NCBI GenBank assembly: GCA_964574595.1
Contig: CAZNOF010000001.1
Span: 142,721 to 206,720 of the forward strand
DNA: 64,000 nucleotides
From: an uncultured Pseudomonadales bacterium
GTDB lineage: Bacteria; Patescibacteriota; Microgenomatia; UBA1400; PJMF01
Direction: 5' to 3'
In this document: positions 28,076 through 37,796 of the stretch, in pieces
How positions within the stretch are numbered: the first letter of the stretch is position 1
Layout: every line of letters starts with the position of its first letter
Notes under the pieces: model-generated
Database searches by the model: none
Told to the model about the DNA's origin: nothing
What the model saw: the letters and a program-made list of their open reading frames with translations, nothing else
Translations under genes and position numbers: made by a program

Positions 28076-30280
28076 TTATATCTCAATGTCATAATCCCAG
28101 TCCCCGCCTTGGTATTTAATCAAATCCTGTCTGAAAAGTGATGGGAACATCGACCAAATAACTGTCAAGTGTTTACGGACATGCTCATCTGGGTCACTGA
28201 TAGCTTGTCTGAGTTCATTTTGGAATTTCTCGGGATCCGAAGCCCAGGTATCAATGATGGTCGCTCGGACCATGACACTTTCCTCTTTTGCGTAGAGATC
28301 TTGCAGTTCCTGTTTGAAATGGGTTGGCAATGATTTCCAGGCTCTGACAACGTTATTGCGAACTAAATCATCTTTATCTTGGACAGCTTCATTCAAAAAG
28401 TCTTTGAAGAAGACAGGATCTCTGACCACCATCTCACTAATCTGATCACGATCTGTTTCATTATTGGTCTCTTTTGCTTTGCGGTACATGTAGATAAGTT
28501 CATCTTTATAGGTATGGATATCTTTTCTAATAATTTCGATAATCGAGTCCTTTTGAAAATTCCCAGAAATTTGCGTCATTAAGCTATTCAGGACATTCTT
28601 TTGGCTTAAATTAGAATAGCTCTGTTGAATCGCCTCAGGGTTGATTGCTCGTAACATCAAGGGATGCTGAAGTGCCTTCAAGGCTGCTAGACGACCCTCT
28701 GGAGTGTGAAGATATTGAACAATGTGGCCAAAGGTGAGCTGATCCAAAGGAATTTGCTGATTTGCTCCCGTGTATACGAGTGCCCCGGGATTTGCAGGGT
28801 TATTGGCGGCTTCGATGTACATGACAATGGCATTGGTAACTGCCTCTGCTGACAGACGATTCTGTGTATCTCCAACCTCAGATGGCACAATTAAGCCGCG
28901 GACCTCCCAGGTCTTAAACCAAATGGATTTCTTAATAGTCTCTTCCTCATTTCCCAGAACCTCACCGATTAATGGTCGAAAGGGATGCTTGGAGAGATCG
29001 AGATGTATGTGCATGCTGGAGAGATGTTCGGCATTATCTCTAAACCAATGAGCTAACTGATTCAGTGATTTAATATACTCAGCGTTAAAATCTAATGCTT
29101 TGGATGATCGTCTCATCTCGGGAATGTCTTCTTTTTGGGTAAGTGGGTTGATATCAAACCCGTCGTCCCATACTTCTGGGATTTCTGTGATTGGAACGTC
29201 TTTTGAGTACTCAAATTCCAGGCCAATCTTCCCAGTAATAGGGGTCAGGGGATCAGTCGGCATGACGACTTGTTTGCTCATTCTTCTCAATTCTGGGTAA
29301 CTGTCAAAAAGTGTTTGGGCATCTTGTTCCATTGCCTTACGAAGTTCGCTATATCTGGCTTGTTGGTCAATCAGCCAAGAAGACTCTGCGGCTTGCGGAT
29401 GAATCATGATTTGACTGGTGAGTTGGAAGGCAAGTGGATGCGAGAGATCTTTCTGTTCATCCATTTTCCAGAGAATATCTTCGTGCTTAGAAGTGGGAAT
29501 CGTGATTTGCTCTAAACAATCATAAATCATGTAACGCAGCTTCTTGTTCAAGTGAGCGTTGTCGATAGCCTTCAGAAGACTGTCAACCAGATCTGGTAAC
29601 TCTGGCAAAAATTCGGTCGGTTTTTTCGTTTCTAATCGATATTTGTGTAAGGCATTTTTGAGGAGCGTGGTTAATGTTTCAGCGCCTTTTGTATCACCTA
29701 GCCCGTCTCTGATGTCTGGATCGGCGGCTGCCTCGGCAATTCTGATGGCGACTGTTTCAAAGGGACCTGGCACGGTGTAAGGATATCCGTCTTTTCCCTG
29801 AAATCTGACATGCTCTTCCCGAAGCAACGCCCGGCGGGATACCTGTTTTTCGTGTTCCGGCTTAATTGTGGCCAGTACGCGGCTAACTTCCTCAGGAATC
29901 TCTTTCACACTATTCGCGCCATAAAATCGCATGACTTCTTGTGCGATAAACGTATTGGGATTGTTGCTGAGAATCAGAATCTCCTGAAGCGGCCGTTTCG
30001 GCTGTTGGGTCTCAAGTTGTTGATTCGCTAATTTTTTCACCATCTCTTCATCTGGAGTCAGAACTCGATTTTCCATGTTGGCTGATTCCGGAACGAACAA
30101 ACCTCGTTGTGCACGGGCAATTTGATCACGACGGGAACTTGGAATAAGTAGACCAGTCTCGGTTTGAGTCAGATCCTCTTGATGAATCTGACCGCGTAGC
30201 TCACTGGGGATTTCTAATTGTGGCTTTTCAATACCTAGGTGTGCTGGTGTGAGGGGTTGTCTATCAATTGACGTATGCAA
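28076..30280 (-). CDS. Large paralog B: conserved GLEFEY...SMHIHLD core plus C-terminal HEAT/PBS-lyase-like repeats
   Basis: 734 aa. Shares N-terminal, central (YTVPGP, IYDCLEQI, GKIGLEFE, PEMRRS, WFRDNAEHLSSMHIHLD) and C-terminal repeat (D..VR...) blocks with the adjacent 777-aa gene. Confidence 0.6.
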   Translation of the reverse strand: MHTSIDRQPLTPAHLGIEKPQLEIPSELRGQIHQEDLTQTETGLLIPSSRRDQIARAQRGLFVPESANMENRVLTPDEEMVKKLANQQLETQQPKRPLQEILILSNNPNTFIAQEVMRFYGANSVKEIPEEVSRVLATIKPEHEKQVSRRALLREEHVRFQGKDGYPYTVPGPFETVAIRIAEAAADPDIRDGLGDTKGAETLTTLLKNALHKYRLETKKPTEFLPELPDLVDSLLKAIDNAHLNKKLRYMIYDCLEQITIPTSKHEDILWKMDEQKDLSHPLAFQLTSQIMIHPQAAESSWLIDQQARYSELRKAMEQDAQTLFDSYPELRRMSKQVVMPTDPLTPITGKIGLEFEYSKDVPITEIPEVWDDGFDINPLTQKEDIPEMRRSSKALDFNAEYIKSLNQLAHWFRDNAEHLSSMHIHLDLSKHPFRPLIGEVLGNEEETIKKSIWFKTWEVRGLIVPSEVGDTQNRLSAEAVTNAIVMYIEAANNPANPGALVYTGANQQIPLDQLTFGHIVQYLHTPEGRLAALKALQHPLMLRAINPEAIQQSYSNLSQKNVLNSLMTQISGNFQKDSIIEIIRKDIHTYKDELIYMYRKAKETNNETDRDQISEMVVRDPVFFKDFLNEAVQDKDDLVRNNVVRAWKSLPTHFKQELQDLYAKEESVMVRATIIDTWASDPEKFQNELRQAISDPDEHVRKHLTVIWSMFPSLFRQDLIKYQGGDWDYDIEI

Positions 30281-30294
30281 AAAGCATACCAGCC

Positions 30295-32628
30295 TTAGTT
30301 ACTTGCTGCCACTGCTCTTTCTGCACGTTCTCTAATGTCTTGATCAGAATCCTGAGAAGCTAATTTTAGCTCATCTTTATAACTTCTTGGTCTCATGGCC
30401 CAAAAATCGACAATGACATTCCGAATTGAATCACCTTGATTTTTGTAGGCATTTAAAATATCGTCCCTGAAAAGGTTTGGTTTCTCCAGCCAAGCTTTCA
30501 CCACCAGCTTTCTAATGTAGGGATCTTTGTCTTGCATGATCTCTTTGAGTTTGTTTTGATTTTTACCAAGATCTTTTACCCAGCCATTTACCACTTCCGC
30601 TCTTACCCGCCAACTGGGATCTGATGCATAGATGTTTTCAAGTTTTTCTCGGTATTTACTCGGATCTGTAGCCCAAAATTTTGCCACAGCGGCTCGGACA
30701 TAGTGATCTTGAAAAGTAGCAAGCTGATCGATAGTCTCGGTAAATTCTGTTGGCTGACTGGTGATGGCTCGCACTAGGTACTCTTTTTCCGACTGCTCAT
30801 TTTCACCTTGCAGATACTCGATGATATTGGGCAGGAAAATGCCTGGTGCTTCATACATCGCTCGTACAAGTGCGAGTTTCTGATAGTTTCCCTCAGCAGA
30901 TTTCTCAAGCGTTTTTAGGGCAATTGGTTTGCTGGCATCATCGAATCCCTGGATCAAAGAGTAGGGATCAATACTTTTAAACATCAACGGATGCTCTAAA
31001 ACCTTTAATAAGGCTAGTCGACCTTCAAGACCATCAAGGTGAGCAGAAACATAAGCAAACGTGAGCTGATCCCAAGTATAATCCCGATCTGATTCAAGGT
31101 GAATTTCTGGTCTGAAATGCTCATCTTCGCGGGCAGCTGCAATGTAGAGTTCAATAGCGCTGACGACGGCCGCTCCGTCAAGACGATTCCGTTGCCGCGT
31201 GTCAAACGGAACCAATAAGCCTCTTATTTCCATCGTGTTGTAATTAATGCCATTTCGGTAGGTCCGATTTGAGTTTCCCAAAATGCCACCTAAATCAGGT
31301 CGAACAGGATGTGTCGTTTTATCAAGATGAATGTGCATGCTTGATAAATGCTGAGCATTATCTCTGAACCAGTCCGACAAATGGCTCACAGAACGAATGT
31401 ACTCAGCATTGTAATGAAGTGCATTAATACTTCTTCTCATTTCAGGAGCGTTTGTACCTTCAGGATTTGATTGAGGGTTGTCCACACCTTCTTCCCAGAC
31501 GTCGCTGATTGGTTGCTCTAGAGGATCTTCTGGTTTGGAGAACTCAAATTCAAGTCCAATCTTCCCTTCTGTGGGATGAAAAACATCACTCGAGACAACA
31601 ATTCGTTTGGCTAGACGCTTGAGCTCAGAATAATGATGCACTAAAGTTGTCGGGTCGTTATTCAAGAGTCCCAGTAACTCAATTCGTCGCTCTTCTTGAG
31701 CTTTCAACCAGGTGGATTCGGCTGCCTGAGGATGGGTCATTATTTCCGTGGTTAACTGAAATGAAAGCGGGTGACTTAAATCTCGATTCGAATCCATTCG
31801 CCATAAGACATCTTCAAGAGTTGATGTGGGAATGTCAATTTGCTCAAGACAGTCATAAATCATAAATCGTAATTTTCGATTCAAGCTTGCCATATCCAGC
31901 GCGGTAATTAACTGATTCACCAGGTCAGGCATTTCGGGTAGGAACTCAACTTTTTCAGGGGTCTTTAATCGATACTTCTTCAATAGCTCCTTGAGAATCA
32001 GCGTTAGCTGTTCAGCTCCTTTGCTATCACCCAGTGCCTCTCTGATAGCTGGGTCTGCAACTGCCTCAGTTATTTTCATTCCCACGTACTCAAGTGGCCC
32101 GGGGACGGTATAGGTATATCCATCTCTACCTTGATACTTCGTGCGTTCTTCTCTTTGAGTAGCTGAAAATGAGGGTTCACCCTTTTCTTCCGGATCGAGG
32201 TCAATTAAGACTTCGCCCACAACTGATGGAAGTTCTTTTGCCGTGTGAACGCCATAATCTTTCAATACTTCTTGAATAACAAATGCTCTTGGGTTGCTCC
32301 CGAGGACAAGGATTTCTCGGATTGGTCGCTGAGGTTTTTCTTCTTCAGTAGACTGCGTGCCAAACTGTTGAATTGCCTCATCATCTGGAGTTAGGATCCT
32401 GTTTCGGTCCATCCGAGCTGATTCTGGAACAAGTACCTGTCGAGAAGCTGACACGAGCTGATCTCGCCGGGATCCTGGCACGAGCAGCCCAGTATTTGTT
32501 TCGGTGAGGTCGTTAGGATTGACTTGGCCGCGCAGCTCATTTGGAATTTCCAATTGAGGTCTTTCTAAGCCGAGATTCGCTGGAAGGATAGGTTCTCTGT
32601 TTGTTGGCGTATGCAAAAAGCATATCAT
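30295..32628 (-). CDS. Large paralog A: same architecture, longer HEAT-repeat tail
   Basis: 777 aa. The C-terminus carries at least five D-x-x-[VI]R-helix repeats (DHYVRAAV, DPSWRVRAEV, DPYIRKLV, GDSIRNVI, DQDIRERA). Confidence 0.6.
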   Translation of the reverse strand: MICFLHTPTNREPILPANLGLERPQLEIPNELRGQVNPNDLTETNTGLLVPGSRRDQLVSASRQVLVPESARMDRNRILTPDDEAIQQFGTQSTEEEKPQRPIREILVLGSNPRAFVIQEVLKDYGVHTAKELPSVVGEVLIDLDPEEKGEPSFSATQREERTKYQGRDGYTYTVPGPLEYVGMKITEAVADPAIREALGDSKGAEQLTLILKELLKKYRLKTPEKVEFLPEMPDLVNQLITALDMASLNRKLRFMIYDCLEQIDIPTSTLEDVLWRMDSNRDLSHPLSFQLTTEIMTHPQAAESTWLKAQEERRIELLGLLNNDPTTLVHHYSELKRLAKRIVVSSDVFHPTEGKIGLEFEFSKPEDPLEQPISDVWEEGVDNPQSNPEGTNAPEMRRSINALHYNAEYIRSVSHLSDWFRDNAQHLSSMHIHLDKTTHPVRPDLGGILGNSNRTYRNGINYNTMEIRGLLVPFDTRQRNRLDGAAVVSAIELYIAAAREDEHFRPEIHLESDRDYTWDQLTFAYVSAHLDGLEGRLALLKVLEHPLMFKSIDPYSLIQGFDDASKPIALKTLEKSAEGNYQKLALVRAMYEAPGIFLPNIIEYLQGENEQSEKEYLVRAITSQPTEFTETIDQLATFQDHYVRAAVAKFWATDPSKYREKLENIYASDPSWRVRAEVVNGWVKDLGKNQNKLKEIMQDKDPYIRKLVVKAWLEKPNLFRDDILNAYKNQGDSIRNVIVDFWAMRPRSYKDELKLASQDSDQDIRERAERAVAASN

Positions 32629-32708
32629 TTTTTGAAAGCTCGTGCTTAGAGACCTTAGCTCATTGCCCCTGGCGATAATTTCGTTATAATTTGTCCAGGC
32701 AAGAAGTT

Positions 32709-32781
32709 GCCGGGATAGCTCAGTTGGTAGAGCGGCGGTATCGTAAACCGTAGGTCGTGGGTCCGATTCCCACTCCCGGCT
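32709..32781 (+). tRNA. tRNA-Thr (anticodon CGT)
   Basis: Folded by hand: acceptor GCCGGGA/TCCCGGC, D-arm GCTC-AGTTGGTA-GAGC, anticodon stem GCGGT/ACCGT with loop ATCGTAA (U33, CGT, A37), T-arm GTGGG-TCCGATT-CCCAC. No CCA is encoded. Confidence 0.85.
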
Positions 32782-32785
32782 CTCT

Positions 32786-33091
32786 ATGGATATTCAAAAA
32801 ATTACAGACGAAGTCGAAAAAACTTCTTTGCTTTACACCAAAAAATTTGAAATTGAGAGAACGCCTGATTGGTTTATTTTGAAGCTTCAAGAAGAGTTGG
32901 GCGAGCTGATTCAGAGTTACTTAATGATGAACGGCCAAGCAAGGAGAAAAGAAAAATCAACTGCAGAGCTAGAGCAAGAGTTCAAGCAAGAAGTTGCTGA
33001 TGTTTTTGCCCACGTTCTTCTCTTGGCTAAACACAATGATATCGATTTAGAAAAAGAAGTAAAAGCCAAGTGGTTAGTTTGGAATAAGTAG
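32786..33091 (+). CDS. MazG-like nucleotide pyrophosphohydrolase (small, all-alpha)
   Basis: EELGELIQ...EVADVFAHVLLLA (EExxE...ExxD pattern). Confidence 0.55.
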   Translation: MDIQKITDEVEKTSLLYTKKFEIERTPDWFILKLQEELGELIQSYLMMNGQARRKEKSTAELEQEFKQEVADVFAHVLLLAKHNDIDLEKEVKAKWLVWNK

Positions 33092-33154
33092 CTATCCAAG
33101 TTATCTAATCGAGTGTGCATGAAGAAAATTCGCGTGCTAAAATGAAGTTCACTC

Positions 33155-33928
33155 ATGCCAAATACTCAATACTCCAAATACACCCAAACAGATTATCCAG
33201 GACGACCTATGCCAAATTCCACGAGAATTACCTCAAGAAGAGCCAAAGTAATTGAAAATAATTTGCTTTCACAGACGATTTTGTTCGGGGTAATTACCAT
33301 CGGCCTAATCGTTTTATTTGCCACAATTGTCATTCCTAATGCGATTAAAGTGTTGGGTGGATCGGCCGGAAGCCAAGCCATCACTCAAGGTGATACAGTT
33401 CCCCCACAAATTCCTACCATCGCCTCCCCTGTGGAAGCAACAAATAGCGCCAAACTCACTTTAAGCGGCTACAGCGAAAAAGGGAATCAAGTTGTGGTAC
33501 TGGATAATAGTCAGGAAGTGAAGCGTACGGATGCGAAAGAAGATGGTAGTTTTAGCGTGGATATTGACCTGCAAAATGGCGACAACTCGCTCACTTCTTA
33601 CGCGATCAAAACATCCAATCAGCTCCAGTCATCGGTGTCTCAAGCATATCTGGTGAAATTCGATAACGAGCCACCTAAACTTGATATTGATGAACCACAG
33701 GACAACCAGACGATAAACGGAAATAAGAATCAACAACTTTCAATTAAAGGCATTACTGATGTCGGCTCCCGTGTCTCCCTGAATGACCGGCTCGTGATCG
33801 TGAAGAGCGATGGCAGTTTCATCACGAGCTTTCAACTGAATGCTGGAGACAATACGTTGGATCTCAAATCCACTGATCCTGCTGGTAACTTAACCGAGAA
33901 GAAGTTAACTATTCATTTCGCACCGTAA
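33155..33928 (+). CDS. Membrane-anchored surface protein with two Ig-like (Big-like) repeats
   Basis: TM helix followed by two ~90-aa repeats (..GYSEKGNQVVV..DGSFSV.. and ..KGITDVGSRVSL..DGSFITSF..). Confidence 0.5.
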   Translation: MPNTQYSKYTQTDYPGRPMPNSTRITSRRAKVIENNLLSQTILFGVITIGLIVLFATIVIPNAIKVLGGSAGSQAITQGDTVPPQIPTIASPVEATNSAKLTLSGYSEKGNQVVVLDNSQEVKRTDAKEDGSFSVDIDLQNGDNSLTSYAIKTSNQLQSSVSQAYLVKFDNEPPKLDIDEPQDNQTINGNKNQQLSIKGITDVGSRVSLNDRLVIVKSDGSFITSFQLNAGDNTLDLKSTDPAGNLTEKKLTIHFAP

Positions 33929-35132
33929 TTGATGTTTTTGGTAAAGCTAAGAAGCCGAGCCATAAAAGTACGAACGGGTAAATGAGACTGGCATTGAATA
34001 AGCCATGGATCAGAACCGCGCCAATTCCTGCCCACAGCCAAGGGTGTTTCAATCCTGTTTTCAAAAGTTGCTGGGTTAAGATAAACAAAAATAAGACTGT
34101 TCCGACTACGCCAGTTCCACTCAGTAACATTACTAACCAGTTGTCTGGGACACGGTTATGTCCGGCATCAGGATTGAGCAACTGGTTTTCAGCACTCACA
34201 AAGAGTCCTTTGCCCGTCAACCATTGCCATGAGTGAAGTTGCGTCAGCTCATTTTGAGCCGAGGTAGATCTAGAAACAATTGTAGATGTTCTCTCTAATT
34301 TCACTCCTTCACCATCTGGTCTTGGGAGTAGCGGAATCGAAATAGCCAACAAGCAGATGCAACCTAGGAGTAAGTAGCTGATTTTTCTCCGGTTTTGTGA
34401 GAAGAAATATCCGGCGGTGAGTAGACCACTCATGCCAAAAGCTAGGTACGTAGCTCGAGAATATGTCAGACTGATGCCGATCGTTAGGGTGGTCAGCAGG
34501 AGTCCTAGGATGGCTTGTGTGAACTGCCGGGAAACTTGGATTTTAATGAGCTGGCGCTGAAACCAGGTTTGCATCAGTAAGAACATATTCAGAATAAAGA
34601 TGATGCCAGTAAATCCCGGATCAAGAATCGTTGAGATCAGTCTGAAGTAGTGGTCATCCCAGCCAATCAGCGATAAAAAGCGGGTATCTGGAAGGACTAC
34701 ATATTGCAGCAAGCCAAAGTATAAAATGTAAAAACCTGAGGTGATCATCCCAATTTTTAACGTCTTGGATCGAAGGGTATTGTTTTTACTCAGACGCCAT
34801 AATGCGTATAAGAAAGTCAGGTAAAACAGTATTCTGGTGGAGTATAAAACTGGGTTGATGAGATTGCCGTTTGTTACAGCTGCTGCTAGCCAACCAACAA
34901 TCGTCCAAATAATAAACAGCTTGATGGGTAATCCTATTTTACTCAACGAACTTATGATTTCTCTAAGGATTTTGGGTTCGGAAAATCCCATTAAAATCAG
35001 GAAAACAGCCATCAGGATTTCGTGCAAGTAGATACTAATTGATGAGTAAATGGTGAATTTCTCTAATTGACCAAAACTGACAGTGGCAAAGAAAAGGAGT
35101 AACAGTAGTGGCATCCAAATTTTCTGCTTCAT
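33909..35132 (-). CDS. O-antigen ligase/polymerase-like (Wzy_C-type) polytopic membrane protein
   Basis: At least 10 TM helices and a large loop near the C-terminal third. Start moved to 35132 (MKQKIW) to give an ATGA overlap with the GT2 gene. Confidence 0.4.
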   Translation of the reverse strand: MKQKIWMPLLLLLFFATVSFGQLEKFTIYSSISIYLHEILMAVFLILMGFSEPKILREIISSLSKIGLPIKLFIIWTIVGWLAAAVTNGNLINPVLYSTRILFYLTFLYALWRLSKNNTLRSKTLKIGMITSGFYILYFGLLQYVVLPDTRFLSLIGWDDHYFRLISTILDPGFTGIIFILNMFLLMQTWFQRQLIKIQVSRQFTQAILGLLLTTLTIGISLTYSRATYLAFGMSGLLTAGYFFSQNRRKISYLLLGCICLLAISIPLLPRPDGEGVKLERTSTIVSRSTSAQNELTQLHSWQWLTGKGLFVSAENQLLNPDAGHNRVPDNWLVMLLSGTGVVGTVLFLFILTQQLLKTGLKHPWLWAGIGAVLIHGLFNASLIYPFVLLWLGFLALPKTSITVRNE

Positions 35133-35872
35133 TGTTCCTCGTAGAGAGTGGCTCTCAAACCAAAAGAATGGAGGCTCATGGTGACAGCGTAAATCAGGCC
35201 TCGCCACCCATCTAGTAGGCCAAGCTTGAGAAAGTAGTTATAGAGAAACTTGCCCACCGGCCAAGCAAAAAGTGAAAGGAAAGAGACATGCTGTCGATCT
35301 TTCTTTCGTAAGGCAACCTCTAGCTGAATGTATTTCAAAACTGAGCCGATAAACTCCGAGAAATCTCTGTGAGCATAATGCTTGAGGACAACTTGTGTGT
35401 GAATAACGTTTCCATCAACTCTGGCCTTTTCGTGTACTGGTCTTTCATATCGAAAGTAACCCTGGCGAAAAATTCGAAGTATATGGACATTTCTTACCTC
35501 TCCCCAATTCAGTTCTTTGCCATGAAACACATCTTTCCGATGAATGTAAGCGCCCTGCCAATCTTCTCGATCTAAGAGAGCAGCCAAAACAGTTGGTGCT
35601 GCTGCATCTACAACCTCATCGCTGTCAACAAAGAAAAGAATTTCCTCTTTGGCATGTTTGGCTGCCTCGTTCCGATATGCAGAAAAATCACTTTGATTGA
35701 TTGAAGTATGTACAATAGTGAATCCGGTTTTCTCAATCCAAGATGGAACGTGATCAGCTCCGGTCCAGTAAATAATTCGATCACTTGCCCATTCAGTAGA
35801 TTCAACCACTTGTTTTAAAATAGCTTGATCCTGATGTGCCAAAATGATGAGTGAGATGGGAAGTTTTGTCAT
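35129..35872 (-). CDS. Family-2 glycosyltransferase
   Basis: ISLIILAHQDQ N-terminus and a DSDE (DxD) motif. Confidence 0.65.
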   Translation of the reverse strand: MTKLPISLIILAHQDQAILKQVVESTEWASDRIIYWTGADHVPSWIEKTGFTIVHTSINQSDFSAYRNEAAKHAKEEILFFVDSDEVVDAAAPTVLAALLDREDWQGAYIHRKDVFHGKELNWGEVRNVHILRIFRQGYFRYERPVHEKARVDGNVIHTQVVLKHYAHRDFSEFIGSVLKYIQLEVALRKKDRQHVSFLSLFAWPVGKFLYNYFLKLGLLDGWRGLIYAVTMSLHSFGLRATLYEEQ

Positions 35873-35876
35873 AGTG

Positions 35877-37106
35877 CTACTCTTTAGCAGTAAATGTATT
35901 CCAGAGACCTAGCGAAGCGACACCAAACGTAATTAATCTTGAGACGATCACAGCGTTCACCGCTCCAGCCAGACCGCCGGTTGGCGCCCATAAAAAGATG
36001 AGGAGAATTAAAGTGGTGACGTTGACGAACAGGCTCAGATTGAGCCAAAAATATTGCTTTACAGATGTAAATAAATTTTGAGTTAAAAGCACAAAACTTT
36101 GAATAAGGCCAGCTACGGCCAATAAAGGTAAAATTGGCTCAACACCAAGCCATTTTCCTCCACCTAAGATGATCTCAACGATAAACTTTGGAAAGACAAT
36201 CAGCGGCAACGAAATCAAAGCAAACGCCCCAACGGAGGTCAAAGTTGATTTCCAAAATGCTTTTCTTAATCGATCTGAATCACGGAAGATGCGGACGTAG
36301 ACTGGGAATGTGGCATGTTGCACAGATTTAGCTAGTTCTAAATTGAATTTATGACTTAATGAATAGCCCTGAGCATAAATGCCTAAGGCAGTTGTGTTCA
36401 CAACCTTTCCGATCATCAAGTTATCAACATTTTGAACCGCGTACCCCAGAGCGGCTGACAGATTCAAGCTCTTGGCATTATGGAAGATTTCTTTTGCTCG
36501 AGAGGAAATATACGCAAAGCGAGGTCTCTCTTTAAAGAAGAGGAACGTAATTAAAACTTCAAAAAGCGCTGAACAGATCATGCCAAGAATGAAGGCCATT
36601 GAGGACTTGATAATGAAGGCAAATATGATGGCCGCAATGACATCAATAATGACTAAAGATAATCGATAAATGGAGTCTCTAAAGAAGAACAAGTTTTTGT
36701 GCAAACCCACCACGGCCGGATTGATAAAGCCTCGGATAGCAGGGACAAAAGCAGCTACTGCCGCTAACGTCAGCAAGACATCTTCATGATAGATGCTTCG
36801 CATCGCGATACCCATTAGAACGATCAAAATCGCAATTGCAAATCCTCTAAAAATAGAAATGACCCAGGCGGTGTCCAGAAAATAGCTGACGCTCCGCTCA
36901 GACTGAACGATGGTGGTGTTAATACCCGTTTCAGTAAATGACTCCATCGTGCCAAGCAGGACAGCCACAAGTGAAAAAAGTCCAAAGTCATGTGGTGACA
37001 AAAGTCTTGCTAAAAAGAAGATTTTGATTGCGGCTGCTAATGCCGTTGCAAAGGTGACAACGCCACCTAAACTAAAACCGCTAAAAACTTGTCGTCGGTA
37101 TCCCAT
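35877..37106 (-). CDS. Polysaccharide/oligosaccharide flippase (Wzx/MOP superfamily)
   Basis: 409 aa with about 12 TM helices, in a glycan operon. Confidence 0.5.
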   Translation of the reverse strand: MGYRRQVFSGFSLGGVVTFATALAAAIKIFFLARLLSPHDFGLFSLVAVLLGTMESFTETGINTTIVQSERSVSYFLDTAWVISIFRGFAIAILIVLMGIAMRSIYHEDVLLTLAAVAAFVPAIRGFINPAVVGLHKNLFFFRDSIYRLSLVIIDVIAAIIFAFIIKSSMAFILGMICSALFEVLITFLFFKERPRFAYISSRAKEIFHNAKSLNLSAALGYAVQNVDNLMIGKVVNTTALGIYAQGYSLSHKFNLELAKSVQHATFPVYVRIFRDSDRLRKAFWKSTLTSVGAFALISLPLIVFPKFIVEIILGGGKWLGVEPILPLLAVAGLIQSFVLLTQNLFTSVKQYFWLNLSLFVNVTTLILLIFLWAPTGGLAGAVNAVIVSRLITFGVASLGLWNTFTAKE

Positions 37107-37170
37107 GAGATTTATTGTAACAGGTTTTCCTCATTGAATCTGTGACCTTGTCCAAGCATAATAATCTCCT

Positions 37171-37752
37171 ATGAACGGAATCGTTAACTCTATTGGTAGT
37201 TTCTTTTTGGACATTATTGAGACGGTCGTTATTGCCCTGTCTATTTTCTTAATTATCTATTTATTTGTTGCTTCGCCACATCAAGTGAATGGCCAGTCCA
37301 TGGTCCCAAACTTTCAGAGTGGTGACTATGTTTTGTCTGATAAAGTGAGTTATCGAATTGGTCAACCTAAACGAGGTGACGTGATCGTTTTTCACGCACC
37401 AGAAGCTGCAAACTGTCCTAAAGGAACAGGCTGTGACTTCATTAAACGCGTGCTTGGTTTACCAGGTGAAACGATGACGGTTCATGACAATCACGTGTAT
37501 GTGAATGGTCAGCCGATTGAAGAGCCATACATTCCAAGTGATTTTGATACTTTGCCGGGTCCAGCAACCAAGGACAAATCAATTACGTTAGGCCCTGACG
37601 AGTACTTTGTGTGTGGAGATAACCGGCCTTATTCAAGTGACTCTCGAAGTTGGGGACCAATTACCAAAAACGAAATTGTAGGCAAAGCCTTCTTCCGCTA
37701 CTGGCCGTTGCAATCTGCCGGCAAGATTGAACATGCTAGCTATGCATTTTAA
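37171..37752 (+). CDS. lepB: Signal peptidase I
   Basis: GQSMVPNF (catalytic Ser box), KRVLGLPGE (Lys box), GDNRPYSSDSR (S26 box E). Confidence 0.85.
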   Translation: MNGIVNSIGSFFLDIIETVVIALSIFLIIYLFVASPHQVNGQSMVPNFQSGDYVLSDKVSYRIGQPKRGDVIVFHAPEAANCPKGTGCDFIKRVLGLPGETMTVHDNHVYVNGQPIEEPYIPSDFDTLPGPATKDKSITLGPDEYFVCGDNRPYSSDSRSWGPITKNEIVGKAFFRYWPLQSAGKIEHASYAF

Positions 37753-37796
37753 GTGAGTTGTGTTATACATAAATCGAAAAGAGACAGCTGAGCGCT

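Noticed and set aside
28165-30031. Multiple 60-90-aa ORFs on both strands inside the paralog genes
   Set aside because: They are nested within long, well-supported coding regions. None has an RBS or recognisable motifs.
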